Shown: piece after piece, positions 23,701 through 37,600 of the stretch
Layout of the letters: every line of letters begins with the position of its first letter
How positions within the stretch are numbered: the first letter of the stretch is position 1
Assembly: GCF_006345805.1 (NCBI RefSeq)
Contig: NC_042997.1
Span: 22,816,001 to 22,880,000 of the forward strand
Length of the DNA stretch: 64,000 nt
Reading direction: 5' to 3'
From: Octopus sinensis
Lineage: Eukaryota
Notes under the pieces: model-generated
The model's database searches: none
Seen by the model: the letters and a program-made list of their open reading frames with translations, nothing else
Told to the model about the DNA's origin: nothing
Position numbers and translations under genes: made by a program

Positions 23701-26700
23701 TAGTAAAGAAATAGGTAAAGTACAGTATAAAGCTCATTCACTTTCAGAATTACTCAGGACTATTGATAGTGTTATATACTTCCAAGTTTAAGTTTGAGTA
23801 TTCACTGTGTGTGAATGTAAAATTGAAGAAATTGGAGTTAAGAAGAAGGAATATGGGACATTTATTTATTATTTGCTACAATTGTTTCACTGCAATGTAG
23901 TTCTCCAATAATACAGATATTTGATTATGCAACTGTTTGTTGGCATAATTAGATCTAGTTGTGTTTCCTCGGGTGATATACGAGTGTTGTCTCTGTTAGC
24001 TTAAAATCTTCAACTTCAAGGTCATCTCTGTTGTGGTGTGAATTTAGTAGCGGTTGATAGACCCATGGTGTTTGCTCTTGCAGCAAACAGTACATTGCAG
24101 TGAAACAATTGTAGCAAATAATAAATAAATGTTCAACTGTACTCCTTCTTTTTGACTCTAATTTCTTCAATATATATATATATATATAAATATATATATA
24201 TTTGTAGTGTAATATATGGATTCATATAATTATGTGGCTATCACAGGAAGCTCCCCTAGCAGCCCTGGCTAGCAGACTACATAGTAATCTAGGACAGAGG
24301 GGTGTAATGCAGAGTTCTATGCAGCTGAAATTGAGGAAATCTGATTGATGAAATTATTTCATGAGTAATATATAAACTAAAAGTATGAGAGGTGAATATA
24401 TTTATTTAATCGCTTGTCATCCTTAGGGATGCAGCTGTTTCACCAGCCTTCATCATGTAATAATAATATCAGTGTATAATAAATTATTTTACAGGGTAGT
24501 TTGCTCTGCTTGAGCGGGCATGTTGGCTAAGTAAAATCATGACCGTTCATACATACAAGCTAATCTTCTACATCTCTCTCTCTCAGCCAAGTAATCCTAA
24601 TCTTGTGGCTCATGTGTGTTGGTGCCAAGTAAAATACTCAGTACAGTTTGTAAAGTGGTTGGCATTAGGAAGGGCGTCCAGATCTGACCTACTGTTGACA
24701 TCATGTAAAAACAAACAAATGGAGCCCAGGGAACTCTTCAGCTGGTCAGCTCCTGTTAAACCATCCAACCCATGTCAGCATGGAAAACTGATGTTAAATG
24801 ATGATGATCTCTGCTCGAATATGCATGCTATGCATTATACAATGCAATTGTATATTTACAAATCAGTGCAGATAAAGAAAGCTAGCTCATCAGATCACTA
24901 GAACATGATGGTCATATTAATGCTTCAACTCTTAAGTATCCATACAAAATTTACTCTTTATAAATAGAATGTATGGAAGGCCCGTACTTAATAAAATTAG
25001 CTTGGTATGATCATTAAAAATATAAATAATAAATACATTTTGTTTCATATCAAGGTGCTGTATCTAAGTTCAGGAAACTGACCGTCCTTAATGTTAACAG
25101 GAAAGGCTAGGAAAGGAAGTAAAGTAGTTAAATAAAAAAAAAAATGTTGAAAGTATATAAAACTACATATAAAAATATAACAAAACTTAACATGAATGAA
25201 TTCAATAGGAAACAGACAACTTGAGACATAAAAATTAAACCAAGAGATAATATTGAACAACAGTTATTTTCAAATAGGGTCAAAAGGTCTCAAAATATTT
25301 TCTGTCTAAATAAACTGTAACCATGATGTTCTAGTGATCTGATGAGCTAGCTTTCTTTATCTGTTCTAATTTGTAAGTATACAGTTGTATCATTCATAGC
25401 ATACATATTAATGCAGACATGTAAAATAATTTATTATACACTGAAATTATTATTATATGATGAAAGCTGCAAAACGTCTGTAACCTTAAGGATGACAAGT
25501 GGTTAAATAAATATGTTAACCTCTTGTACCTCAGTTCACTCTGTGTTACCTATACTGTAAAGAATCAATATGTAAGTGCTTTATCACAGATTGTGTTACT
25601 GCTCTAAAGGTAAAAAAAAAAAAAATCAGCCTACAAAATCTTGAAATGACGGAGGATCTTTACTAATGTAAATGCATTTTTTGTAAGCGGATGTTCAGAA
25701 AGTAATAAATATGTGAAATGTATGTAGCCTTCAGTCTTTTGACTAATTATATCTGTGTGATTTGGCCATAATTGAATGCTTATCTAGAGCAAGTATAATG
25801 CAAAAAAAAAAAAAAAAATGTGGGTGTGGGTAAAATATAGGCACCAGTGTGGTTAAGAAGCTTGTTTTGCAACCATGTATGCTTGAATTCAGTCCCATTG
25901 CATGGTACATTGGGTCAGTGAAACCTTGTGAGTTAATTTGGTTGACAGAATTTGAATGATGCTTATTGTGTGTGTGAGAAAGAGACAGGTGATTGCATAT
26001 ATGTTTGTCTCTCCTGTTTTGACATTGCATGACTTGGTAAATGAATGTCATTCATTTTCAATAATCTGCAAAAAGAAAGTCTGGACATGCAGAACTATTA
26101 CCTTGCTTGAAAATGGGTAAGGGGTGATGACAGGAAGGATATCTGACCATAGTAAATTTGCCTCATTAAACTATCTGACCCATGTAATTATGGAAAAGGA
26201 GACATTAAAATGATGTTGGTGAGATATATAAAGTCATTCTTATTATTAACATCATTTTCCATTTGCTTTTCATGCTGGTATGAGTTGAACAGACTTTAAC
26301 AGTCAAGTCAGTTCTTATTTGAGATCTACGAGGCCGTGCCTGATGTCTTCGCAGCCTGGCTCCATCGTGTCTTCTGTGCTGTGTGGGCGATGGAGTGTTT
26401 TCCTGATGATTGGAGCGAGGCAACTCTTTTACCTTTCTTCAAAAAAGGTGATAGAAAGCTGTGTTCCAACTACAGAGGCATCAGCTTGATCGATGTGGCT
26501 GCCGAAACCTTTGCAATCTTTCTTCTGAAGAAGTTCCAAGCCATCTGTGATGTCCGTACTCATCCTTCTCAGGGCAGCTTCTGTCCCAGGAGAGGGTGTG
26601 TTGATCAAATCTTCAGTCTCCGGCAAGTCTTGGAACAGCGGTGGGTGCACCAACAACCTGCTGTTCTCTGCTTCATCAATTTTGTGGCTGCCTTCAACTC

Positions 26701-28697
26701 GGTGGATCGGGAAACCCTCTGGCATATTATGCAGGCAGACGGTATCCCTGTGAAGCTGCTAAACCTCATACAGGGCTACTATCATTCAACGAGGGCTCCT
26801 GTGAGGTTCTATGGCGGGAAGACGGAGTCATTTGATGTTACTACCGATGTTCGACAGGGTTGTGCGCTCTCGCCAACCCTATTCAATTATGCCATCAATT
26901 ACATTCTCAACACTGTGCTTCTGGACTACCCAGGCGTAGAGGCTGGGAGAGGAGTCGTGGTGACGGACCTGGCCTATGCAAATGACATTGCGCTCTTGGG
27001 CTCTAACCAGGCAGATGCCTAAGATGCTCTTGAAAGGGTGCATGCAGCAGCTGTTGGTCTTTGGATCAATACTGGCAAAACCAAAGTGATGACGTCTCTG
27101 GTCGCAGCAGATGAATGGCAGCCAACCGTTCTCGAGGGCATGGAGCTGGAGGATGTGGAGTCCTTCGTCTATCTAGGTCAACTGTGGTTCCAACAGGCCA
27201 GGGCGCAGCTGAGGTTGAGTGTCACATAGGTACTGCCAGATCCGCATTTGTATGCCTTCAGCAGTGGCTGTGGGACAGAAGAGAGATCTCCTCGGTGACC
27301 AAAGGGCGAATCTACCAGGCCGTCGTTCGTACTATCCTTCTCTGTGGTTGTGAAACATGGCCTATGAGGGTAGTCGATCAGCGAAGGCTGGAGGTGTTCG
27401 ACAATGACTGTCCTCGCTGCATTCTTCGCTGCCGATGCATTGATCGGGTTCCTACAGCCGGTCTTCATCATCGCCTGAATCTCCGGCCCCTCCCTTCAGT
27501 GCTTCTACAACAGCGCTTAAGGTGGTTCGGTCATGCAGCTCGGCATCCAGAGGGTGAGCTGATTCGCGATGTCCTCCTCCCACCTCCACTTCCCAACTGG
27601 CTCAGACGCACGGGCGAGCAGCTGAAGACCTGGGCAACGACGATAAAGGAGGACCTCTCCGAGCTCTTAGGTGCGCAGATGGAACCGCGAATGGCACGCT
27701 ATCTCCAGTGACCTCGCACAGGACTGTCAAGCGTGGACCGCCATGGTTCATGATGTCGTCAGGACCAGAGAAGAAGCTGGCTCAACCTACCCTGGCTGAA
27801 CACCATCACAAGTACAAGTACAAGTTATTTGGAGCCACTCTCCACTTAGGAAGGTTGGGTGGCCATGTTTCATTCTTATATTTCAATTTGGGTGTGGTTT
27901 CTACAGTTTGATGCCCTTCCTAATATTAACCAGTTTACAGGTTGTATTGTGTACATTTTATCATGGTACCAGCATTAGAGGGGTTGTCATATTCTCAAAA
28001 GACCTTATATTGTCTCCTTATGTTCACCAAGCACTTGACAAAGTGTACTAAGTGCATTATATTGTAGTACCAGCACTAAGGTTGCCCTGCACCCTCAAAA
28101 CAAAAGGGCTCCTCATTGCTCCTTTCATTCATACAAGCCAGTGTGATAAACAAAGTGGGTTAAAGAGAGGGCAAAGGATGCACTAGAGTGACAGGAGGAA
28201 AGAAATAACAGCATGAAGAGAGAAGCAGTGAGAGAAAGAGAGTTCTAGAAGGAGTTATAAAAGAGATAGTAATGGCAGAGTGTATCGAGAGTGACAATAA
28301 TGGCAAGGGATGAATAAGAGAAAGGAATGGATAGTTTTAAAAAGTGGGTGATGGCAAGATTGTAAAAGATGTGGTTAGCAGTATAGAAGAGCATTGCTAG
28401 CTGGCAAGAAGAGTGGGGTATGTGATGAGTAGTGCTGGTGCCACAATATAACAGTAGATACCTGAGGGAGATAAAGCTGGTGGAAGGGTAGAATGAATTT
28501 GATGCAAGACCTCATTATTCCAGCATCATCATGAAGGAAAGAGATAATGGCAGCTACATATTTGCTTCAGATATGAGATCAGGGGTGGGTATATCAGATA
28601 CCAACAGATGTGATGCAATCACTTATTACTGGAGTATTGAGATGAGAGGGAAGCAGTAAATGCTGATACAAAGGTGGGGAGAGAGAGAGAGAGAGAG

Positions 28698-28728
<31 letters not shown>

Positions 28729-29300
28729 CTAAGTATGTTTGATGGATGTCAATGAAAGCAGCTAAGTAATATTATCTGGTAAGGAAGTAAAGGATATCAA
28801 TAGAACACTAATCTAAAAGAGGAGGAGTGTTGGCTAGAGGTACTTGGGTAAAAGAAGTGGATATTCAGAAACCAACAGATCTTTGCTCAAATAAGCAAAA
28901 GATACCTGCTTGACACCATCATCCATTTTCTCCTGACAAAAGAGTATTAACCCTGAAATATAGAAATATAAAGTAAAGTTTCTGCATTGCATTGGCTTTT
29001 GAACAATTTTCAATCTTCAAATGTCACACAATGCTTCACTTAAACTATACTATGCCTGCATTATATACTTATTTATATATATATATATATAAAGGGAAAG
29101 TTTACGAAAATAAACAAAAGACAAATGTATTAGTATAGCGCTCAGGAATAGAAATAGAAAAAGTCTTTTACGTTTCGAGCCTACGCTTTTCGACAGAAAG
29201 ATACACAGAAAAAAATGCGTGTAGGAGCTAACGATCTATCATGGCGTCCGACTTACACACACACACATATACATACATACATATATATACACACACACAT

Positions 29301-29359
<59 letters not shown>

Positions 29360-32300
29360 CATATATATACATATATAGTGTGTGTGTGTGTATTTGTATA
29401 CATGTATACATACTTTTATGTTTGTTGTATATGAGTAGGTTAACATTTATTTATAATTCTGTATTGTAATACTTCAACTACTTATGTGCTTCTAAAATTA
29501 GAAGACTAAGTGAAAAGTCAAGAAGCTTGTCCTTTGGGTTATTGAATATCAGAAAAAGTCAGGAAATGCTAATCACCTGTTTGTGATGAAATCATATTTT
29601 ACTTCTCCAGTAAAATAACCAAATTATGATATAACGTAGTTTATAATGAAAGGAAATATGTGATGATGCAGCTACTGGAATGCTGACCATGAAAGTTGAT
29701 ACCACAAACATTAAAGTTCATCTTTATAGGACACAGTTACTATAAACTGATATACACCATCATAAATTTCATCTGACCTGTTTTTTTTTCACCATTTATA
29801 TGACTATATTCACTGGTTGATGCAAATAAAGCTAGCCAGCTCATCTAGCATGTTAACTTACTTGATATGAGGCAATATATTTTTACTTCTACTGACCAAA
29901 TCAATCTAATTTTGTCTAGTTTCAGCCTTCCATACATTGTATGTATAATGTCATTCTAAAAATATACAAACACACCATTGAAATCTTGCAACTACTAGAT
30001 AGAGGGTGATTAATACAAAACAAAGTGAATAAATATGCAATACATTTGACAAAGAAATCTGGATGCTAAAGGTTAAATTACAAATTTATTATGTGCATCC
30101 TATCTATTATATAAAATCCGTTCTATCTGTCTGTGTGTGTCTTCTAAGATCTCGGGCAGCCTCCATCCGATTGCGCTCAAATTTGATATGTAGATACCGA
30201 TGGTATCAGGGCATGTATAAGTCTTGAAAAAATTCCAGGTGAGAATGCAATCGATAAAGCCGTGGGAACGTGCATTTGTACGTGCAGGTACATCAGCTGT
30301 TGCAATCAATACTACGCATACACGAGAAAAATGCACGTGCAGTTTGCGCAAAAAAAGCCGGCTGGCTTGAAATAATGCCACAAAATGGGACGGTCGGACA
30401 AGTTGTTTTGAGAAAATTTGGTTTAAACTCAGCACTATCGATTGGATAGGGGGCATTTTGCCCATTCAACTGATATGATCAAATGTTGCAGGTGAAACAT
30501 AGTTAATTAATAAATATAGTTTCTGAGAATCAGTAGTGTCTATATTAGCTGTATCCAAAACATTGGAAAAAGTTTCAAACCAATGCAGCCATTCTTTAGT
30601 TACTACTATTAATTTTGCAAACAAGCCTTTCTGATCCTAAAAATCTCCCCATTAAAATTTTGTATGGGCCACGCAAGCATTGCAAAGTACCCTAAATGAT
30701 GTTGATGACGGAATTGTAATAAAGTAACTTATAGAAAATATGCTCTATTCAGTGCAACTGAAGTTTAATTTGTAGTTGAAATAGTACTGAATCTTTTGAT
30801 ACCCCATATGTCAAAATCGGTAACTCCATTTTGGAATGCATAAGGAATAAGCGCCATCTGTTCGTGTCCGTTGCCAGCCTCGCCTGGCCCCCGTGCCGGT
30901 GACACGTAAAAGCACCATCCGTTCGTGTCCGTTGCCAGCCTCGCCTGGCCCCGTGCCGGTGACACGTAAAAGCACCATCCGTTCGTGGCCGTTTGCCAGC
31001 TCTGTCTGGCACCTGTGCGGGTGGCACGTAAAAAGCACCCACTACACTCACGGAGTGGTTGGCGTTAGGAAGGGCATCCAGCCGTAGAAACACTGCCAGA
31101 TCTGACTGGGCCTGATGAAGCCTTCCAGCTTCACAGACCCCAGTTGAACCGTCCAACCCATGCTAGCATGGAGAACGGACGCTAAATGATGATGATGATT
31201 GGGCAGACTTCTTTCGAAGTTGAAAATTCTTTTGGTTCAGGACACTGCATGGACCTTAAGTAAGGCGTAAGTAAAATTTGGTGAAATTCAGTTGAAAATT
31301 ATAGGAGTAGAAGTGGTTGACACAATACACAGACAGATAACTTCGCTTTTAATATATAAGACTAGCAGGTGTACCCAGCATTGCCCGAGGCTGTTTGTTA
31401 AGTATGTCTGTTTGGTTATTAGACCATTCATGGATGCATCTCTGTACTGAATGAAAGAAATCATAATGGCAGATGTTCCCTGCATTGTTTGATTTATTTA
31501 GCGCAATAGTGAACATGCAGGGTCATATGCCCACACCATTGTCATTGTTTTCCATTGGGACAGTAGGGTGATCTGTAAAAAAACTGGCAGTAATTGAGTT
31601 TATTTTCCTTACCATATAATTGCTGACATGTGCTGTTTAGCAAATGGAAAGGTTGAGCCTAAAGATATGACATAAAGAGAAATAGTATTAGTATGTTTAC
31701 CTGCTATTTCACTGGGTTGCACATGCAATATTATCTGAACAAAAAATTTGACGTGTGGCCTGTGCAGAAAAGATGAAGAGTGTAGTATCTGTTGCCTACC
31801 TCACAATTTGTGCACTTAACAGAGAGTGTACTGTGAAGATCATGCTAATGAAACGCATTGGCCACAACTACAATTTCCATCTGTGATTTGATTTGAATTT
31901 TGATTTCACTTGACTCAATAGGTCTCCTCAAGCACGGAATGTCGCCCAACAATTCAGAGGTACTTTTTAAATAGGCTGGTTATGTGACACTAGTGTAGGC
32001 TATGGCTGTGATCTCACTTTACTTGCTGGGTTTTCTCAATCACAACATTTCTCCAGAAGTCTCGGTCTTTTGTCATTGCCTCTGTGAGGCCCAACTTTCA
32101 AAAGTCATGCTTCACCACCTCATCCCATGTCTTCCTGGGTCTCCGTCTAACATAGGTTCCTTCCACTGTTAGGGAGTGACAGTTCTTCACACAGCTCTCC
32201 TCATCCATATGCAGCACATAACCATACCAGTGCAGTCGTCTCTCTTGCACACCACATCTGATGCTTCTTATGTCCAGCTTTTCTCTCCAGGCACTTACAC

Positions 32301-34310
32301 TCTGTCGTGTATGCACACTGACATTACACATCCAGCGAATCATACTAGCTTCATTTCTTTTAAGCCTACGCATGTCTTCAGCAGTCACGGCCCATGTTTC
32401 ACTACTGTGTAGCATGGCATTTCACACACATGCATCATACAATCTACCTTTCACTCTGAGTGAGAGGCCATTTGTCACCTGTAGAGGTAGAAGCTTTCTG
32501 AACTTTAACCAGGTTATTCTTATTCTAGTGGCAATGCTCTCCGAGCATCCACCTGCACTACAGACTTGGTTAACCTAGGTAGTGGAAGCTGTTTATTGCC
32601 CCTGAGCATCTGCCGCACACACAAGCAGTCTTCCCAGTTAACTTCCTTTGATGTTGCTTATACATCCATACCTTACACTGGGTACATCTTATGGAGTTTC
32701 TACAGATCAAGCAAGGCCATCTACCTTACTAGGACTTCAGTTTTTACAACATTGACTATAAGGCCCTTCAATTCTAAACCTTGCTTCCACACCTGAAATT
32801 TCTTCTCAGTAAGGTCATTATCATAGAGGAGCTCCCAGGGGCAACATGTCTTGAATTCCTCTTTTTGCCTGGAGGACTATAATGAATAAGAGGGGGCTGA
32901 TGACTGATCCTTGGTGAACCCCTACTTCTACCCAGAATTCTTCACTATACTCATTGCTGACCCTTACCTTACTAATGGCATCCCTGTACAGCTCTTATTA
33001 ACTACTCGTCAATCCCCAGTTTCCACATCGCCCACCAGATAAGGGATCGGAACCCTGTCAAAGGCTTTCTCCAAGTCAACAAAAGCAAAGTATAGTGGTT
33101 TATCTTTGGCTAGGTATTTCTCCTGCAGTTGCTGTACCAGGAATATAGCATCAGTGGTGCTTCTACCTAGCACAAAACCGAACTGCATCTCATCTAGACT
33201 AACTCTCTCCCTAATTAGTTGAGCTATGACACTCTCCGTGACCTTCATCACCTGATCCAACAGTTTGATATCTCTGTAGTTATTTCTATCTGAAGCTTTA
33301 CCTTTATAGCAGTTGACTATGGTGCTTCTGTGCTAGTCATTGGGTATGACTCCATCATGAACTACCTGGTTTACAATACGGGTGACTAGGCCATAACCCA
33401 CACCACCAGATACTTTAAGTATCTCGGCAGTGATTCCTGATGGGCTGGGGTGCTTTACTTGACTTCATATCCTTAATTGTTTTATCTACATGACAATTTT
33501 CTCATACACTGTCTTGCAATCCGAAACACTTCAGTTCTTTGGTCCTCACATCACTGAACATTGGCAAACTTCTTTTCTGCTTCTCCCTTTGCTATGTATA
33601 CCTGTCTACCCCCACTCTTCCAGGCTTTTTTTGCTCCAATGGTCTTGTCTACCATATTATTCCACCACCACATTACTCTAGGTCTGGAAAGGACCTTGCA
33701 CCAGCTGCAGATTTGGTCTGTGGCACTCATTAAGCTGTCTTGTAGGAATTTCCAGTAACCCTCTATGTAGCTTCTCTTCCCTCTCATCAAATTTCTCAAG
33801 CATGATCAGTAGTCACAAAATCTATGTAACTAGACACAAGAAATTTTGCATAGTACTTCAAAGCCTATTTCATTCTACTCAACCTTAAGCTCTGAAAACT
33901 GGAATTCTTGGTATTTTGTACAATTTACCTTCAATAATTAAGATCATGTTTTAGAAAATATTTCTGTATTAGGATGTTTCCAATAAGTAGTCAAATCAAG
34001 TGATAAGTCAAAGTTGATAATAGATTATATTTCTTTACTTCAGTTGGAAGCCAAATCCCAGAAGCAGCTTCTGTAAAACCCATTTATGGTATTTTAGGTA
34101 TCATCAGATTGGTAGCAGGTAAGTTAAAAATTTTTTACCTTATAAAAATTTTACTGGTTCTAAGCAATACAAAGAACCATTTGGTTCTTGATATATAAAC
34201 TTCTCTTGAAATTTATTTGGATTGTGGTTAACTCAAATCTTACTAACCTTGATGAACCAACATGTGTTAAATCAACATACACTCTACACTGAAAACTGTG
34301 CATATATGTA

Positions 34311-34352
<42 letters not shown>

Positions 34353-34575
34353 AAAAAAAAAAAAAAATAAATAAAATAAAATAATAATAATAAAAATATA
34401 TATATATATATATTTAAAATTTATAAGTTTAAATTATTTAAATAAATTTTTAAATTTTAACTTTAATTTAAATATTTTAATTTGGAATTTTATATTTTAT
34501 ATTTATATTTTTTAATTAATTTTTTTCTATGTATTGGCTTATGATTTTCACTGTTTGATTTGCCTAATAGTGGTT

Positions 34576-34634
<59 letters not shown>

Positions 34635-37600
34635 ATGAGGGTAGAAATTAAGCATCTTCTTCTAGCATATTAGGAATCCACCTTGGTGGTTATTCCTCTT
34701 ATATATGTATATGTGTCTATGTATGTATATCTATCTATCTATATATATATGCTTGAAGAATTCACTCTAAACTTATAAGATTTTGTTCTCTTTATCTCTG
34801 AGTGCTTGTTTGATGCTTTTTATTTCTCCTGTTTCACAGATTTCTAGACTGATTTCCCATCTTTTCCTCTGGAATAATTTGTTAATATTGCTATTTCTCT
34901 AGAAGCTTTCAGTTATGTCAGCATTTTAATCTTAATATCAATAAAGCAGATTTCCTCTATGGTTCAATCAGTTATCTCATACATTGATAGCAGTACTCAT
35001 ACTGTAAAGTCATCATAGACTATTATCTAGTTGTAAGAGGAAAATTTCTATTTTCAGATTTTTTAAAGTTTGATGTAATATTCTTTGCTCATTCTCTAAC
35101 ATCAGAAAAATTATGGTACTTTTAGTTACAAGCCTTTTACAAAACTTCCAAAGGCAGTAACTAGAGCATTTGGTAGTTTTGTTGAATGTGGAGAGAAACT
35201 TGGCAACATCTTTTTTGTATGCAAGCCATACTGTTATAAGGTTTCTATAGTGTTTTTAGACATAAGATAGTACATCTTTATTAATTAAAAGTTGTTCAGT
35301 ATACCTGCACACTGTCTTTTTACCACCTACTGCTTATCTGTTCTTATCTTGTTAGATTCACAATAATTTTGGAAGCCTTACTTTAAACATCTTATACCTC
35401 ATGTTTAAGCAAGCAATATGTCTATAGTTTTGGCCAAGTGGTTGTTTCATTCTCAGTTAAAAGATTTGTCTGTGCCATGGTAAGTTAATTTGGTATGTAT
35501 TAGCATAGTTCTTTTAAAGATACATGTGTGTGGCTTTCTGTACACTATCAATATCTTATACCAGTATCCAAGTATTAACTCTTTTCTTGATACCTTGATA
35601 TTATGCAGATTTACAACAACTTAAGTGAGTTTTAAAGTCAGTAATATATGCTTTATTGTCTATGGTACAGTATTCTTTCCTGATACATTATGGTCAAAAT
35701 TCTTGTTTTCATTCCAAATCCGAAACCAAATTGATTTAAGATTTTCATGAGAATGAGCTCTTTCTACAAGAGATGGTCTTTTCTTTCATCTTCCATTATT
35801 CAGATTGTGGGTCAGAGCCAACTTGTGACTAATGAGTTTGCTGCTGTTGTCATTTTTGGTAATTTTTAATTTTATAGACATTGGATTTCAGAACATTTAT
35901 TATTGCTGATTCTGTCTTCAGGACCTTATCTCATTGTGATATCCCAAAAAAGTAAAGTTGGTGAAATTAATGGACATTCAATATGGAAGATTACAGACAC
36001 AGAGATTTATTCTTACAAACGAACTATGCTTCACCTCACAGAAAAACAGGTTTGTGTTAAGAAATTTCCTATGGAAAGTTTCAAGAATATTTTTAGTTTT
36101 TAAAATATATATTTTGTTCATTAATTAATGTTTCATAGTCAGTGTGTCATCACCTCAGTAATATGGCCACATATTTCATATTACAAATTGGGCTGTATCA
36201 TGGTCTTGTTGCACTCTTCTTTCACTGGACAGGCAAAAATTTTTTGATCACAACCCACTGAAGGACAGTATTTAATTTCATCAACCAATGAGCAATTAGC
36301 ATTTCTTTTCTTCCCTGGCTTTCCTAATGAGTGGCACCAAGTTCAGCACTTTTTAGTTTGTCTTTAAATAAAAGATGCATATTTAGTTGTATTGTAACAA
36401 CATACATAGAAAGCAGATGTGAAATGATTATGATGGTAGGGGTGGCTGGAGGCAATGCAACTTCCACCATCATCATCGAGGTTGATGCACTTTCAGACCA
36501 AGAGTTGGCTCATGTCCAGTCTTAATAACTCAAATCTTCTGACAATGAGAGTAGAACAACCTAGAAAGAAGAGCAGGTTTTGACAACTGGGTTCATCATT
36601 TTCTTCTCTACCTCCTAGCCTCACAATGTTTTGGAGCACTAAAACTGTATCATAAACACAGTCTGCTAGAATTTATTCTATGGTGATTCAGACAATGGCT
36701 CAATGATTTTAAACACCTACTTTAAACAAGTATTGAAATGAATGGATAACATTCATAAACATCTAACATTTTTCACATAATTTTTTTTGTAAGACCTGCC
36801 TACAGTACTTGTTAATATTTTTTTTACCTCACTTATTGCCAAAGTAATGATTTAGCAGAATCCTTCATGTTGGGCACAATGCCTTGTGGTATTTAGTTAC
36901 ACCTCTTTACATTATGTGGTAAAGTTCACTTTTCACTCTTCTGGTGGTAGGGGGAAGTTGAATAAAATAAAATATAAGTCAAGTACTGAGGTCAATTTAA
37001 TTGATTATACTCTCCATCAAAACTTCAGGCTTTCTGTGAATGTTAAAAAAAAATTAGTAATTTTCACATCATACATAAGAGATCAGAGTTGGTTGTTTAA
37101 TTCAAATTTTGAGTTTGAATGGTAGGATAATTCTCGTATGAATGTTGTTTTTTTTTTGTGTGATTCCACATTACACATCATCGTTAATGTTCATACTCCA
37201 TACTGGCATGGATTGGACTGTTTGACAGGATCTGATGTGACCAAGGATTGCATCATGCTCCAATGTCTGCTTTGGCGTGGTTTCTAAGGTTTGATGCTCT
37301 TCCTTGCATCAACCAATTTACAACAGGGACTTGGTGCCTTTTTTGTGACACTTGCATTAGAAGAGATGACATGGTTGGATGGTCTCCAGCAGGGGAGGTG
37401 AGCATAATACGTGAGCGGTTGGAGGAATCATTGTAATATGGGTGCAGAGTATGAATCATAGCATTTCTAAAAGTCAGTTTTGCTGAAGAGAACAAGTCTT
37501 TTCAAGAAGCTCATATCACTAGAGATCCCTGTTTTTTGTCATCTTATTTCTTATATCATGTGTAGAGTAATAGTTCTCCAATATTGTTTTACTTTAATTT

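Noticed and set aside
25339-25360. CTGATGAGCTAGC as a hammerhead core in the MITE arm
   Set aside because: No GAAA after the stem and no stem I/III; other CTGATGA hits (21225, 26402, 31113, the YADD codons) fail the same test.
26336-27711. Longest ORFs in the track (228 aa and 198 aa) as a host gene
   Set aside because: Broken reverse-transcriptase frames of a LINE with a stop, frameshifts and a YAND active-site substitution.
30851-31030. Regularly spaced repeats resembling a CRISPR array (also 43595-44170 and 59773-59990)
   Set aside because: Contiguous tandem units without unique spacers, embedded in LINE 3' UTRs, in an intron-rich eukaryotic locus with no cas genes.
34350-34520. Almost pure A/T stretch next to a (TA)n microsatellite
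   Set aside because: Low-complexity sequence that looks like a poorly resolved consensus; no structure to support a function.
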